Below the pieces are notes generated by a model. It was not told the DNA's origin. It saw only the letters and a program-made list of their open reading frames with translations, and ran no database searches. DNA of 64,000 nt from an uncultured archaeon. GTDB taxonomy: Archaea > Asgardarchaeota > Hermodarchaeia > Hermodarchaeales > Hermodarchaeaceae. Made by a program: the position numbers and the translations under genes. The DNA is taken from NCBI GenBank assembly GCA_964347045.1, contig CAYFXC010000003.1, forward strand, positions 38,701-102,700. The letters run 5' to 3'. Numbering within the stretch: position 1 is the first letter of the stretch; each line of letters begins with the position of its first letter. This document shows, piece by piece, positions 1 through 13,700 of this stretch.

Positions 1-506
1 ATCAGCGTCGAATCGCCACCCGACCAGATCAAATGACTGACTTTATGGAAGACGCCTACGCTAATGCGAAAATTCCCTTTATTGCTACTGCTGTTCCCAT
101 TGCCGTTACTATAGATGAACGTGAAGCGGAAGAGGTTGACATCTGGCATGAACTCGACCAACTCGAAGGGCTTGGTCGTGATCAGAAACTGGAACTCTTT
201 GAAGAAATGAAGCGTATTCCCGCCAAGGATCGAATCTGGTTCTTGGAAGACTTGAAACGTCAAATGGCTGATGGCACGCGATTCGAGCGCGGACAAATCA
301 CACCGCCCGAAGGTCTCTTGGATAAGACAGCTGAAGAGCAGATTATTCAATCCCGTCTTGATGCCATTCCAGCGCTCAGCGAACGGGAGAAAAAAACTCT
401 GTTCAAACAGATTAGCAGCCTCCCATCTGAAGAACGCGAAGAAGTCTTCCAAACCCTCAAAGAACAATACGATATCAAAGAAGATGATGAAGAAGACAGC
501 TCCTAG
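1..506 (+). CDS. 3' end of giant single-pass surface protein, paralog 1 (5' truncated by window); cytoplasmic helical-repeat tail
   Basis: Frame is open from position 3 (QRRIATRPDQM...) and aligns with NRIATRPESM of the next gene; contains DQKLELFEEMKRIPAKDRIWFLEDLKRQMADG, shared with the two downstream giants. Confidence 0.9.
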   Translation, partial: QRRIATRPDQMTDFMEDAYANAKIPFIATAVPIAVTIDEREAEEVDIWHELDQLEGLGRDQKLELFEEMKRIPAKDRIWFLEDLKRQMADGTRFERGQITPPEGLLDKTAEEQIIQSRLDAIPALSEREKKTLFKQISSLPSEEREEVFQTLKEQYDIKEDDEEDSS

Positions 507-715
507 TCACTAGCCAAATGCAAAGACTCGAGGATCTTGGTTTCCCTTCCCTATTTCACATCGTATGTTGTCGATTTTTTCTTGTTTACTTAGTCGTTCT
601 TTCAACCGAGTATTTCAGGAAATGCATTTAAATTCGCGCGATGTGTGCTAAATGTAGTGCTACTCCAGCCATGGATATCGCTAGCATTAACCTTCAAGAT
701 GGTGGAGACCTCACC

Positions 716-3700
716 ATGAAAGCACGTTCCTTACAATTATTATTAGTTTGTTTATTGGTCATCCCCTTTGTCATGCATCCAATTTGGGGAACACCAACCC
801 CTGCTTTTACACAGGATTCAACACTTTTGGCGAATCCTGCAAACTCATCACAAATTCCGATCGCCCCATCGAGTCCTCCGATACCGAGTCCTGATTACAC
901 GGGTATAGGTGCAGCCCGTTCTGTCCATGAAATTGCAAACCGAACAGACAGCAATCAGGACATTTTCATGTATTATGATAGCACTACCCAGACCCCTTAT
1001 AATGACTCGGCTAGCGTTGACCTTCCTCCTGGCTGGACCGGCTACAAGCTCGACTATTCCATTTATGATATGTTTGAAAACCGGTGCTGGGTTATCAACC
1101 CCAGTTTCGATGGTAGTTCCAATAGTTGGACAAGTGGAGAGTTTGACGTAGTTGGCTATGATAACACCTTTAGCCAATCTTGGCAATCTGGTGTAACGGA
1201 CGTGAACGGTTTCGTTCGGGTACAAGAAAATGGTGTTTTATCAGGTGGCTTTTATCGCTATGACAATAACGATCGCACATGGTGGACACAAACATATTCA
1301 GTGAACCGAAGTGGCATCGCTTGGGCTGCTATTAAAATGGATTACTACGTAAACAGCGCCTGGGGTTCCAATGCACTCTTCAACGTCTATATCCGAATTA
1401 ACGGAACACAGGTTTGGGCTACCGGGTTCCAAGCAGTCGGAGATACCAATTGGCATAATACTGGATTTATCGAAATTGATACGGGTCTCTTCAATTTACC
1501 ATCCTCTGCTATTGAATTAGAAGTTGGAATTATATCCACCATGACAGTGGGATACAGTTCTAACGATTGGATGCAAGGTAACTTCGATAACATCGAGCTC
1601 TACCTCAATACCCGGGTTTATCCATCTGAAATTAACTTGAAAATGAATGGATTAGATGTCCAAGATGCGGCTTCTCGTGGAACTGGAACTGTCACCCAAG
1701 TGCCTTCGCCGGTATGGACAACATCCCCTGTTATGGCACAATTGAACTGGACTCCAACTCCAACACCTCCGAATCCAGATTTGGAAATTCGAGTTACGGC
1801 TATTTGTGATGTCAATCTTTACGCCAACAAAACAGCTCAAACCCTGTATTTGCAGAGCCCAACAGCCACTGGTGTACAATTTGACGCCCAAAGTGGGTCA
1901 GATACACAGTGGACTATGTACCATTTACTCGCTCTCCCTACCCAATACTGGAACGATGTGTATAATTTCACGATACCCACTGACTGGGATGTAACTTTTG
2001 TTTCAGAACCCCAACTTCCAACTGTAAATAAAGTGGGCCAATGTCAAGGCGGAAATCCTGGTGACGGTTACATCAGTATTCCGGCTACAACAATAACAAA
2101 CAGTCCTGATGGGTACTGGACGATACTAGCTGAGTCACATAACTATGTGGACTCAGTTGTGCTTCAGATACTCGATGGAACCTGGCAAACAACCTCCGCC
2201 GTTCGGACAGGAAATACTACTCGAGTTCGCGCTAGAATCCTAGATGGGTCCAATAATCCGCCAAGTGGTGTTACATCAACCCAAGCCAACGTATCCATCT
2301 ACAACCCGGATGGATCAACAATCTGGTACACTGAACTCGTAACCCCCGATGCTTCGGGTTGGGTTACCTCAACTCAGTTCACCATCGACGGCGCAACAAC
2401 GATTGGCGGACTCTACAATATTGTAGTCTTTTGGGATAATTCAACTGAAGCGGGAGAACTGGAAAACTCTTACAGCGTAACTCATGCGACCACCCTTGTT
2501 CCCCGTGAATCCACCATCTATGCCTTCTACGAGGATCAGCCACTCTATCCGAAAGTGCGATACAATGATACTGACAAAGATGTTTGGCTCTCACCACCTG
2601 CTACCGTGGAAGGTAATTGGACTACCGGTACAATTGCTTTCAACTGGATTGTCGGCACAGGTTATTATGAAGCTGAAATTAACGCTTTAGATGTCCCTGA
2701 TGTAGGCCGCTACACAATACGAATTGATGCTAACAAATCCTACTACGATGATGCATTTACATTCATCGTTATCGACATTTCTTCAGAAACTACTGTTTTC
2801 AGCCCGCAATCACCATCAGTCTCTATCTCTTGGTTAGAAAACGCTACAATTCAAGTTCAGTATAGGCGAAAAACTGATGGAGCAGGGATTAATGGCTGCA
2901 TTCCTTACGTGGATTTGCAAGCCAACTGGACTGCTGGATTTTATACTATCTGGGAAGATGGAAATGGCTGGTATTCCATTGAGCTTAACAGCACAGCTAA
3001 ACCCCTTGGCACATACGCCCTAAACATAACAATAAGTAAGGAACGGTTCCAACGCCAACAATTCTATATTATGGTCACCGTTCAAGCTCGGAATACCCAA
3101 TTTACCTACACACCACCCACAGCCGTACCTTACGAGGAGAATTCAACCATTGAAGTACTCTGTTTGGATCTTGATGCAGGGAGTGCTCCAATTCTTAACA
3201 CAACCGGGCAACTCCATTTTGAAGTTTGGAACGGAAGTATTCAATGGCCTTCTGGAATGGGCTACTTCTGGATACAAGATCTTGGTGGTGGAACCTACAA
3301 CATACTAGTGAATACGGCGTACCTACCCGGTGTGGGCAATTATAATTTTGAAATACGTCTACGATGGTATGGTGAACCCTATCACGCTAATCGTTCGCTT
3401 TCGTTAATTGTTTCTGTTAGAAAATATACAACCTCGATTAGTTATGATGCGGTTCAACCCATTCCGTGGGATGAAGACGCAAACATTACTATATACTATC
3501 ATATTGATGACACTTTGAGCACACTGCACAATGATGATCCCATTAGTGGTGCAACACTTAGCGTCACATTAAACGGAACTCCCTTAGTGTTTGGTGTTGA
3601 TTTCACTTACACTGAAATAGTTGCAGGGCAATACCTGATTACCATCTACAAATCTGAACTTGGTTTAATCACCAAATATGTACTCGGTGTCAGTGCAACT

Positions 3701-6700
3701 TATCCCTCTCAACCAAGTCCCGCCGATGACCTTTACATGGACGCATATCGATCTATAACCTTCACTGTGCGTCAGCTACGAACCCGTATCGATTATACAC
3801 CACCTGAGGCGACGCCTTTTGGCGATGATGTAATTATCATTGTTGATTACTTGGTTTTTGATGATGAAAGTTCTCATAATAATGAAGGTATCACTGATCC
3901 AGCAATTAATATCGTCGTTCAAGCTGTAGGACCCTGGACATTGAATCCGAGTGATTACACCTATACTTCATTAGGTAGCGGGTCTTACCGTATCACCATT
4001 TATGCATCAGCGCTCACATCAATTCAAACATACACAATCGCTGTTAACATTGAAGAGGTAACAACTGGTCACTATGCTCCTGCGACTCTCTCTTCAATTG
4101 ATTTCATAGTACGAACTGTATATACTTCACTGACCCCTGATGCTTTTGATCCTGCCCCTTGGGGTACAAATGTCACGATAGTAGTTCACTATTTTGTCTC
4201 AGATGCCAGTAGTTCACAAAATGGTAATCCAATAACCGGAGCCCCTATCTACGTCTCTGGTGTGGGATGGGTGCTTCCCAGCAGCCATTACACCATATCA
4301 GAACCGTCACCCGGAGCCTATTGGATTGTTATAAACACCTCTGCAGTTAGTGATTTGGGAATCTGGCAAGTCAATATCACCGTAAATTGGCCTCCTTCAC
4401 CTCCAACCTATCAAGAACGCTACCACATAGCAAATATCGATGTTACTTCACGGCTGTCTGGGTTATCACCTACCTATGTGCCCACGGTAGATTATGGTGC
4501 CGACTTTAACATTAGCCTCATCTACTATGACCTCTCAGGACATGGGAATATTGCAAATGACACTTATGGAGGTCATGTTCGAATCATTGTGTACAATGCC
4601 ACAGACGGAACTCCCCTCAATCCTATGTATTACTATATAACCGCCCTAGGTGACAACACATATAGAGTGACCATTGACACCAGTGCTTTTGGATCTGTGA
4701 ATGTCTTCCACGATTTCCGAATTAATGCTACATGGGATGCAGGCTTTATCCCATTCTATGGTAATGCTTCCACAACTGTCCGAGTATATGTTGTTGGCAC
4801 CAAAACTACGGTTCTTTATACACCACCTGAACCCCAACCTTATGGTGATAATCTAATCTTTATTATCCAATACAATATGACTGAAGCTCCATACACAGCA
4901 ATCGATAACACAACTGGAGACGTACACATCAATGCAATCTGCACGAGTCATCCAGCAATAACCCTTGTTTATAGTGTAGTAATGATTAACAATGGCTTCA
5001 ATGGCTATCGATTAATTATCGATACAAGCAACTTCCCCGAACTCGGGCAGTTCACCTTCCGCGTAAATGTCACCTGGCCGCCAAATGTCGCCCCCTACTA
5101 TCAATCTCATTCAATTTTGATGAGTGGATATCTACGGGCAATCCACACAACCCTTACTTATGATATTTTTGGTCCACTCTATTGGGGCGACACGCTCATT
5201 CTCTATGCAACCTACGTTGATGTTGACCATGATGTGGTTCTCTCTGATCCCACTAACACAACAGTAACCACATCGATAAGCTGGACCGGTTGGTCGGTCC
5301 TTCAAATCTTTCCCAATGGTACCTATCAAATCCAAGTACCAACAGAAAACGAACTGGTCGGATTAGCAAACTTCACTCTGGAGTTTGCCAGCAACTTCTA
5401 TGAAACTAGAACAACGATAGTCCAATTTACAATAAATCCACTGCCACTTTTCGTATCCATACTCTCCACATCCCCCTGGACTGCTGAATATGCCGATGAG
5501 GTTGTTGTGACTGTTCAAGTTATTGATATCTATGGTCGACGAATCAATGATTCCACTGTCACATATCATTGGGGTGGGTTCCCCTCCGCACCTATGACTT
5601 TCATTGGCAATGGTGTCTATAATGTCTCCTTTGCTGCTAATCAAGATGTTGGAACATGGTTAGTTTCAATCGAAGCGGTAAAAATTAATTGCCAAACCGG
5701 AATTGGTTCAGTAACACTATACATCCTCCCCACCGACACTATTCTTACACTATTGACTCCCACAATTGTTACAGTTGTAGGTTCCAGTTTCGAAATCTCC
5801 GCGAATTTCAGCACCGCTGATGGCAATCCAATCATTACTGCAACGGTGCTCTTCGTCTGGGCAGGTGGCAGTGGATCTCTCATCCATGTTGGGCAAGGCA
5901 TCTACAACGCGACCATTGATAGCCTCGGATTAGAACTAGGTCAATTTAGCCTCTATGTCACCGCAAGCACACCAAATGCAGTTGAACGCTTCGATATCGT
6001 GAACGTGTTTCTTGTGGTCATTCCTACCGATTTATCCCCCTCTGATTCAATTATCACTGAATACTGGGGTACTAACTTCACAATCAATGTCTACTTCAAT
6101 GATACCTTCCATAACGTTCCCATCACGGGCGCAAACGTGACCTATTTCTGGGGCACAATGATTGGTCAAATGCAGGAAACCGGTCCACCCGGCTGGTATT
6201 CTATTACCCTTCCAACGACCATTTTTGCCGCTGGGGCCACTTACGAGGTAGTGTGTGCGTCTGATGTGCCAACCTACGAATTTGGTATAAGTGTTATTAC
6301 TGTCCATATAATCGAACAAGAAACCGATTTAGCACTAACTGCTGCTGGAATCTATTTTGAACCTCTCGACATGTACACTGAATTGAACATCACGGGGTGG
6401 ACAGTCCCGCGAAGTGACACACTATTTCTCTACTTCAACTTCACTGATACCAACGGCGAACCAATCACCGATGCCCTCGGTTCTTATAATTGGCTTTATG
6501 GTAGTGGCGTACTAACCTACAATGCAGGATTATACTACGCCGAAATAAATGTCAACGAAACCTCACCTGGAACATACTTTATTGATATCACCTTAAGTCG
6601 TCAAAACTACCAAACAGCACAAATCCTCAATCTTCCAGTTACAGTCACATTAGTACGAACTGCAATCTTAGGTCTTGAAGATAGTTTGCAACTCAATACA

Positions 6701-7609
6701 GGAACCGCATACACCTTCTCTTGCACAGTATGGGATTTAGATCATAACATCCCCATTAACCACTCAACTGTTATTATCGTCATCCCAGGAATATCGCCTG
6801 ATTCAGGTTGGGAGCTCATCAACCTCGGAAATGGAACATACATCTTGCCTGGAGTCGCATTTCCGTTGGAAGATGCAATGGTTGCTCAAGTTACAGCCGA
6901 ATCCGGCTTAGTCTACGCCACAGCCACACATCAAATCAACATCCAAGTAACTATCCATCCTGTCATTGAAGCGACACTCCGACTTGGTCTCCTCGCGGCA
7001 ATCATCGGAATCATCATCCTCATCGCTTGGCTCGCTTACACTAGGGTCTTTGCAATACCTTGGCTTGTTCGTAAAATGCGAAGCATGTCTACAACCCTCG
7101 GAAAAGGTAAAACACCAAGCCTATCCAACCGAGACATCAATCGAATCGCTACTCGGCCCGAATCCATGGAAACCATTATCGAACCCGCCTATGGCGCTAT
7201 AGGTGTCACTGTAGCTGCAACTGTTCTTCCGGCCGCGATCACACTAGAAGAACGCGAAGCCGAAGACGAAATCATCTGGCGGGAACTTGAAAAACTTGAA
7301 GGCCTAGGCCATGACCAGAAACTAGAACTGTTCGAAGAAATGAAACGTATCCCCGCCAAGGACCGCGTCTGGTTCCTCGAAGACCTCAAAGCACAAATGG
7401 CTGATGGCGCGCGCTTTGGACGTGTACCTACTGAACCGTCTCCTGTTCCCGAAGGGGTTGATCCTCTCATTCATGCCCGTCTTCAAGCGCTGGACGCTCT
7501 GGGAACCGAAGAGAAGGAAGCAGTTGTCGAACAACTCCGTGGTCTCTCCAAGGAAGAACAGGAAGAAGTTATCAAAGCGCTCGAAGACACAACACGAAAA
7601 AATGAATAG
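716..7609 (+). CDS. Giant surface glycoprotein, paralog 2: signal peptide, many ~100-aa Ig-like beta repeats, one TM helix, conserved cytoplasmic tail
   Basis: ATG 716 follows GGTGGAG and gives a signal-peptide-like N-terminus (MKARSLQLLLVCLLVIPF); recurring pwg.n.ti.v.y.d / g.G.Y.i.i.t motifs; many N-x-S/T sequons; TM LGLLAAIIGIIILIAWLAY followed by basic residues. Confidence 0.9.
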   Translation: MKARSLQLLLVCLLVIPFVMHPIWGTPTPAFTQDSTLLANPANSSQIPIAPSSPPIPSPDYTGIGAARSVHEIANRTDSNQDIFMYYDSTTQTPYNDSASVDLPPGWTGYKLDYSIYDMFENRCWVINPSFDGSSNSWTSGEFDVVGYDNTFSQSWQSGVTDVNGFVRVQENGVLSGGFYRYDNNDRTWWTQTYSVNRSGIAWAAIKMDYYVNSAWGSNALFNVYIRINGTQVWATGFQAVGDTNWHNTGFIEIDTGLFNLPSSAIELEVGIISTMTVGYSSNDWMQGNFDNIELYLNTRVYPSEINLKMNGLDVQDAASRGTGTVTQVPSPVWTTSPVMAQLNWTPTPTPPNPDLEIRVTAICDVNLYANKTAQTLYLQSPTATGVQFDAQSGSDTQWTMYHLLALPTQYWNDVYNFTIPTDWDVTFVSEPQLPTVNKVGQCQGGNPGDGYISIPATTITNSPDGYWTILAESHNYVDSVVLQILDGTWQTTSAVRTGNTTRVRARILDGSNNPPSGVTSTQANVSIYNPDGSTIWYTELVTPDASGWVTSTQFTIDGATTIGGLYNIVVFWDNSTEAGELENSYSVTHATTLVPRESTIYAFYEDQPLYPKVRYNDTDKDVWLSPPATVEGNWTTGTIAFNWIVGTGYYEAEINALDVPDVGRYTIRIDANKSYYDDAFTFIVIDISSETTVFSPQSPSVSISWLENATIQVQYRRKTDGAGINGCIPYVDLQANWTAGFYTIWEDGNGWYSIELNSTAKPLGTYALNITISKERFQRQQFYIMVTVQARNTQFTYTPPTAVPYEENSTIEVLCLDLDAGSAPILNTTGQLHFEVWNGSIQWPSGMGYFWIQDLGGGTYNILVNTAYLPGVGNYNFEIRLRWYGEPYHANRSLSLIVSVRKYTTSISYDAVQPIPWDEDANITIYYHIDDTLSTLHNDDPISGATLSVTLNGTPLVFGVDFTYTEIVAGQYLITIYKSELGLITKYVLGVSATYPSQPSPADDLYMDAYRSITFTVRQLRTRIDYTPPEATPFGDDVIIIVDYLVFDDESSHNNEGITDPAINIVVQAVGPWTLNPSDYTYTSLGSGSYRITIYASALTSIQTYTIAVNIEEVTTGHYAPATLSSIDFIVRTVYTSLTPDAFDPAPWGTNVTIVVHYFVSDASSSQNGNPITGAPIYVSGVGWVLPSSHYTISEPSPGAYWIVINTSAVSDLGIWQVNITVNWPPSPPTYQERYHIANIDVTSRLSGLSPTYVPTVDYGADFNISLIYYDLSGHGNIANDTYGGHVRIIVYNATDGTPLNPMYYYITALGDNTYRVTIDTSAFGSVNVFHDFRINATWDAGFIPFYGNASTTVRVYVVGTKTTVLYTPPEPQPYGDNLIFIIQYNMTEAPYTAIDNTTGDVHINAICTSHPAITLVYSVVMINNGFNGYRLIIDTSNFPELGQFTFRVNVTWPPNVAPYYQSHSILMSGYLRAIHTTLTYDIFGPLYWGDTLILYATYVDVDHDVVLSDPTNTTVTTSISWTGWSVLQIFPNGTYQIQVPTENELVGLANFTLEFASNFYETRTTIVQFTINPLPLFVSILSTSPWTAEYADEVVVTVQVIDIYGRRINDSTVTYHWGGFPSAPMTFIGNGVYNVSFAANQDVGTWLVSIEAVKINCQTGIGSVTLYILPTDTILTLLTPTIVTVVGSSFEISANFSTADGNPIITATVLFVWAGGSGSLIHVGQGIYNATIDSLGLELGQFSLYVTASTPNAVERFDIVNVFLVVIPTDLSPSDSIITEYWGTNFTINVYFNDTFHNVPITGANVTYFWGTMIGQMQETGPPGWYSITLPTTIFAAGATYEVVCASDVPTYEFGISVITVHIIEQETDLALTAAGIYFEPLDMYTELNITGWTVPRSDTLFLYFNFTDTNGEPITDALGSYNWLYGSGVLTYNAGLYYAEINVNETSPGTYFIDITLSRQNYQTAQILNLPVTVTLVRTAILGLEDSLQLNTGTAYTFSCTVWDLDHNIPINHSTVIIVIPGISPDSGWELINLGNGTYILPGVAFPLEDAMVAQVTAESGLVYATATHQINIQVTIHPVIEATLRLGLLAAIIGIIILIAWLAYTRVFAIPWLVRKMRSMSTTLGKGKTPSLSNRDINRIATRPESMETIIEPAYGAIGVTVAATVLPAAITLEEREAEDEIIWRELEKLEGLGHDQKLELFEEMKRIPAKDRVWFLEDLKAQMADGARFGRVPTEPSPVPEGVDPLIHARLQALDALGTEEKEAVVEQLRGLSKEEQEEVIKALEDTTRKNE

Positions 7610-7780
7610 TCATATTCATCGGGGCACTGAACGTGTCCCATCGCATCTTTTATTGCGACAAGCAAGCATATTAGCTCAAAAAAACATCTCAGGAAAAACA
7701 AATAAAACCTCAATTTAATATTTTAGTAATGCGGGGTTATCAACCTTAGGCAGGGTAATTTGAAAAAGAGGTGTGCTTCA

Positions 7781-10700
7781 TTGGACAAAAAAATAAGTTT
7801 TTTGACTTTATTAGCCTTAATGGCCGTCATCATTTTTTCTTCTCCTCTAGAATTGAACTCATATCCCACTGTGATGGCTGCTTCACCTCCCAACTCTCCA
7901 TATGAAGGCTTAGGTGATTCCCTCGATGTTACTGAATTTGCTCGAAATGATAGCACCCTCTTCTCAAACGGAATAAACGGTACTGCATTTTCTTATCTTG
8001 GTAGCTGGTATCCCTCAGGTTATCGCGGCTATTACTTACACACCTCTGTTTCTAACCTTCGTCGAACCGAAGATCCGGTCCCAAATGGTGATTTTGACCA
8101 ATACGATGAACCCGGCAATAATTGGACTTTAACAGAATCTACAGGTGGACTAGTAAAATCAATAGATAACGTCACGGGCGGGAATCCCGGCTACTGTCTT
8201 GACACTGAACTCAAATACGGAAACGTCCCCAATACTGCCTACGCCTGGATTGACAATGATTTCACATATACTTCATCCATCACCCCAGATAGTCTCAAAT
8301 TATATTTCGACATTAGATTTTCTGAAGATGTCTCAAAAGCCGGATGGTTATATGTCAAAGTATCTGTTAGATATCAAGCTGCAGAAGTTGGAAGTTGGAC
8401 CAATACAACGGACCTTTATAGCCCAACTTCTTGGGATTCTCTTAGTTTTCCAACAGCTGCCGTCAATGGAACTGTAACCATTCGCATTACAATTGAAAAA
8501 CGGGGCGGAGGGAGTGCTAACACAAAGGGACATATCTACTTTGATAATTTCCGGTATGTCATTGGCACAGATAGTAAACCCAGTGAAGTTGAATTAATGG
8601 TCAATGGAAACCCTGTCTCCGATACTTTTGGAAATGCCGGAGAAGTTGATATTTATGCTGACCCAAGTTCCAAGGAACAAGCACAACTGGCAATATGCTG
8701 GGACTCCGACGAGTCGTTTCAATTCACCTCTCCCACTTATTCAGATATCAGCTTTGATTACGAGTACTCTATGCGAATAAAAAGTGAGAATCCAAGTGCT
8801 GCCTCCACAGATTTTTCAAATGTTGCAGACGAAGCCCCCACTTGGAATATCAACTACACAATTCCCAGTTCCCGACCTCCCAGTGGATACACAGGGTATA
8901 GCTATGGTTTGTATTTACGTTCAACATGGACTCTTGTTGAAGTTAGAAATAGTACCAATGACCTCGTTCCAACAACGCAATACAACTACAACGCAACTAG
9001 CCAATTCTTTAAATTAAACGAAGACATTGCTTCTGTTGGTGACCTGTTCCGAGTTATTGCTTCGAGTCTAAACTACATTTTAGACATTTTTCCCCAAAAA
9101 AGTAGTTCCGGCTTGGGTCCTTGGACCAATATCTCCTCAAGTGATTATTATGTAAAAGGTGATTGGATTCGAGTTCTTGCCACATTACGACCAATTGGGC
9201 CGTCGGATAATGTCGCAGACGTATCGATATTTTATCCAAACGGTACAATTTGGAATAGCGATTCCACACCAGGCATTGATTCAAGTAAAAACACTATCAC
9301 AAGCATAGCTTGGCAAATAAATCAGATGGATTCAGACAACGCAGGCAGTCAATGGCAGATTTCAGTCTCATTTGATAATGACACGCAATGCGGTATGCGT
9401 GCGCAATACTTCACCATTGTCATCGAAACAACTGCTGAAAAAATCGATCCGGATCCCGGAACCCGTGTTCTGTGGGGTCAAACTGTCTTTGTAAATGTAA
9501 CCTGGGCAAACAATGATACAGGTGACTACATTCTCGATGCCGCCGCACGAATTCGATACATTGATCGTAATCTCCAAACGCGATACGAGAATATGACTGC
9601 CAATGGACAAGGGGCATATTCGCTTGACTTTGGAACAAACCTGATGAGCCCCAGTCGCACTGCAAAATTCTACATCGAATTCTTCCACTACGGATATGTG
9701 AACATCACAGGAACACAACTCACCTATACAATCAATCTCGTAAATGATATCAGTTATACAATGGTGCGGCCTTCCCAGCAAACTGGACCCGATGAATATA
9801 CAGCAGAAACTACCAGCGATGAAGGCTATATCAGTCAAGTAAAATTCTACGATTTATTTGAACAAGCCTATGTTCGCAATGATACAGGCGCATGGAGCGG
9901 AAATGTACGAGTTAACTTCACTCGTTATCATTGGACGGAAACTTGGACCTATATCACAGAAGGAAGTTTTATCCCAAATGCCTCTGACCCGATAATCTTC
10001 GAAAAGATTGATTCCCAATATTCCGGAGTATCTCAAGTAAAGTATGAAGTTACCATGCGCATCGAAAACGCCGCTTGGGATTACCAACAGCAAAACTTCA
10101 CCATTATTATTCGCATTGTTCAAATCGCGACTGATTTGGATGCTGTTCGCACTGTAATCTCTTATCCGCCCACAGGCGATGGATGGACACAATATAATAA
10201 CAACACGGATACCTATGAGGTTCGTATTTTCTGGAACGAAAACTTCAATATCACCATTTTTTACCACTTTGCAGAGAATGACACCGGAATTACAGGTGCA
10301 ACTTCAAATCTCCTTTTTGGCTCTTTGAAAAGAACACTCACTGAACAAGCAAATGGATTCTACAATATCATACTCGACACTAAAGACGTGGGACTTGGAA
10401 TCACAGACATTCTGGTGAACGCAAGCTATCCCACCTATGCGTCCCAAACAATTCAAATAAGGCTAATTGTCGAAACCCGCGAAACAGAACTCACCAAGGA
10501 CTATTTGGGCGCTCTTGTTGACCTTCCATATGATGATGACTTTACTGTAATCTTCACGTACAATGATATTGTAACAGGAACCCCAACAGCGATTATTGAT
10601 GCAACCGCATCTATTGTGGGCTATCCAGCTGGCAAATATTCAGTGAACAACAATGGAGACGGGACGTATACTATTACATTCTGGGGGAACATTACTGAAA

Positions 10701-13700
10701 CTATCTATTATGTTACGATTACATTTAGTCGCACAAATTATACTACCCAATCTAATTACTTCGAAATAACAGTACGTCCGATTCATACCATCGGGTTCGG
10801 ACTTGCGGACTCTGTTTCTCTTCCTTGGGGTCAAAATGTAACTATCACTTTATCCTACAATGACACCGATCATAGTGATATTGCAATTTATGGTGCTGAC
10901 ATATCATTTGTTTCAACTGATGGATTCTTCAATTCTTCAAACGATATTCTGGGCTTCGACTATTGGCTTGTTATCAACCCAGACGGATCCTACACTTTGA
11001 TTCTGAATACAACAAGAGTCTCAGCAGGAATGCAGCCTTTCACACTCATAATTACCTTTAGTAAGACTCATTATGACAATTCTGAAGTGTATGTATCCTT
11101 CCAAGTCCGAGACAACCTCACAGTGCTTCAACGCCAGTCACTAATTCCGGGGACAAATGTACCCTGGGGCGACAATCTAACCATCATATTAACCTATTCT
11201 AATTTGGATGATAGCAACTCTCCGATTCCTGGAGCGATTATTGATTGTGATTGGGACGAGTTCTATTGGAGCTATTCCTACAATGCTACTTTGCAAGCCT
11301 ATGTTCTGGTAATCCGAACAATAAGTCGAACCGAAGGAAGCTATACAATCACAATAAATGCCGCGAAAAATCATTACCAAGAATTTACAATAATTGAGAA
11401 CTTCGTTATTCGAAAAATCCAAACTACCCTTGATGCGGATCCTGACTATATTCCAAATTGGCCATTAGGATTCAATGTAACAGTTCGTGTTGACTACTAT
11501 GACGCGGATCATGGGGGGCAAGTACCCTTTGCAGAAGTCGTGACTGATTGGAATGCAAGCTATTACTCGATTATTTTCTACGGAAATGGAACTTACGATT
11601 TAATCTTAAACACAAGCTGTCGGGGTGTGGGGAGTCATACAATTAACGTTACACTATGGCGCGATCATTATGCACAACGAACCGTTATAGTATCTTTAAC
11701 ACTGGTACCAATTCCGCTATTTGTTGAAATTCTATCCTCCTCGCCAGTGACAACTGAATATAATTCAACTAATTTTGTAGTAGTTACTGTTCGTGTAACA
11801 GATCTCTATGACCGCCTGATCAATGATTCCACAACAACATATCACTGGTTTGCAGGTAGCGGAACGATGACATTTATTGAAGCTGGTATATACAATGTCT
11901 CTTTCTCTGCTGCCGCTGATACTGGGTCATACGTGGTAACGGTTCAAGCCAACAAAACTGGTTATCAAATCGGTATTGGTTTCATTATACTTAACATTCT
12001 GCCCACCGATACCATCCTTAGCCCAATAACCTCAAGTCTTCAACTAGTAGTGGGTGAAAGCTTCGAAATTTCTATCTTATTTACAACCATATATGGGACG
12101 GGTATTGCAGATGCCAATATAACATATCTTTGGGCGCTAAACAGAACTGGCTCCCTAGCTTTTGTTGGTGGTAACACCTATAATGGCACGCTAGATAGTT
12201 CCGGATTAACAGCAGGACCCTACCTCGTCTATGTAACTGCAGGTGGTCCGAATGTCGTTGAACGTACAACAACTATCAGCGTTTTATTAGTTTTGATACC
12301 AACAGAACTCCAAGCCTTTCCAACGATCCAGGAAGTATATTATGGTGCAGATTTCATACTCCAAGTCTACTTCAATGACACCAATAACAATCTGCCCATA
12401 GATGGTGCAAATGTCTCCTGTATTTGGGGCACTCTAACCGGATATCTCCTACCAACAGGAACGCCAGGTTGGTACAACATTTCCCTATCGACGACAATTT
12501 ACCCCGTTGGAACTTACATGCTTACTCTTTCCGCGGATTTCGAGGGATATCAATTTGCCCTAGCATATGTTGACGTAATCATTCGCCCTCAACCGACAAC
12601 ATTAGACTTGGTATTAATCCAAACCTATTATGCACCACAAAATCTAGTAACAAATCAAACAGGAATTTCATGGCAGGTTCCTCGAGGTGAGCTTCTTATA
12701 TTGTACTTCAATTTCACGGATGCTTCAAACAATACTATTACTGGAGCAATTGGAACTTACAGCTGGACCTATGGTCTAGGGGTCCTTGAATTCACAAATG
12801 GGTTATATGTTGCCACCATAGACCTAACTCAGGCAACTCCTGGATATTACTCTCTTCTAATCACATTATCTCTTCAAAACTATGAAAGCGGTCAAAGCCC
12901 ATCCTATGACCTCAATGTAATTCCAATTCCCGCTGTAATTCAAGTTATTAACAATCCTGGAACCGTAGATACAGGAACTACATGGGACCTAGTAGTGTAC
13001 TATAATGATACCTATCACAATTTACCAATAATTGGTGGCAATCTCACAGTAACTATCCCTCAACTCAATTTCGAAAATATGGACATGCTTGACAATAGAA
13101 ATGGATATTATTCGTTTACTGTTCCTGCCCTCTTATTAGACAACAGACTCGAAATCGAAATAAACGCACCAGGTGGTTTACTATATGCTTCTGATACCGA
13201 ACAAATTATTGTCTATGTCAGACTGGGGCAAGTGGCTCAGGTTACTATAACACTTGGTCTTGTTGCCGCGGTGATTGGAATTGTCATGATTATATTGTGG
13301 TTAGCTTATACACGAGTCTTGGCAATTCCTTGGCTTGTCCGGAAGATGCGTAAAATGAGCCGAACCATTGACAAAGGAAAAACACCCAAACTTTCAAAGA
13401 GTGATGTTGGTCGGATTGGCTCTCGATCAGATTTGATGGCTCATATTGCCGAACCTGCCTATGAGACCATTAGAATACCAATTCCTGCAGCAGTCCTACC
13501 TGCGGTAATTGAACATGAAGAACGTTATGCAGAGGATGAAGCCATCTGGGCCGATTTAAAGAAATTGCCACAACTAGAATACGACCAAAAACTTGAATTA
13601 TTCCAAGAAATGAAACGCATCCCTGCGACCGAACGCGTATGGTTCCTCGAAGACCTAAAACAACAAATGGCTGATGGTACCCGATTTGCTCGGAAAGCCA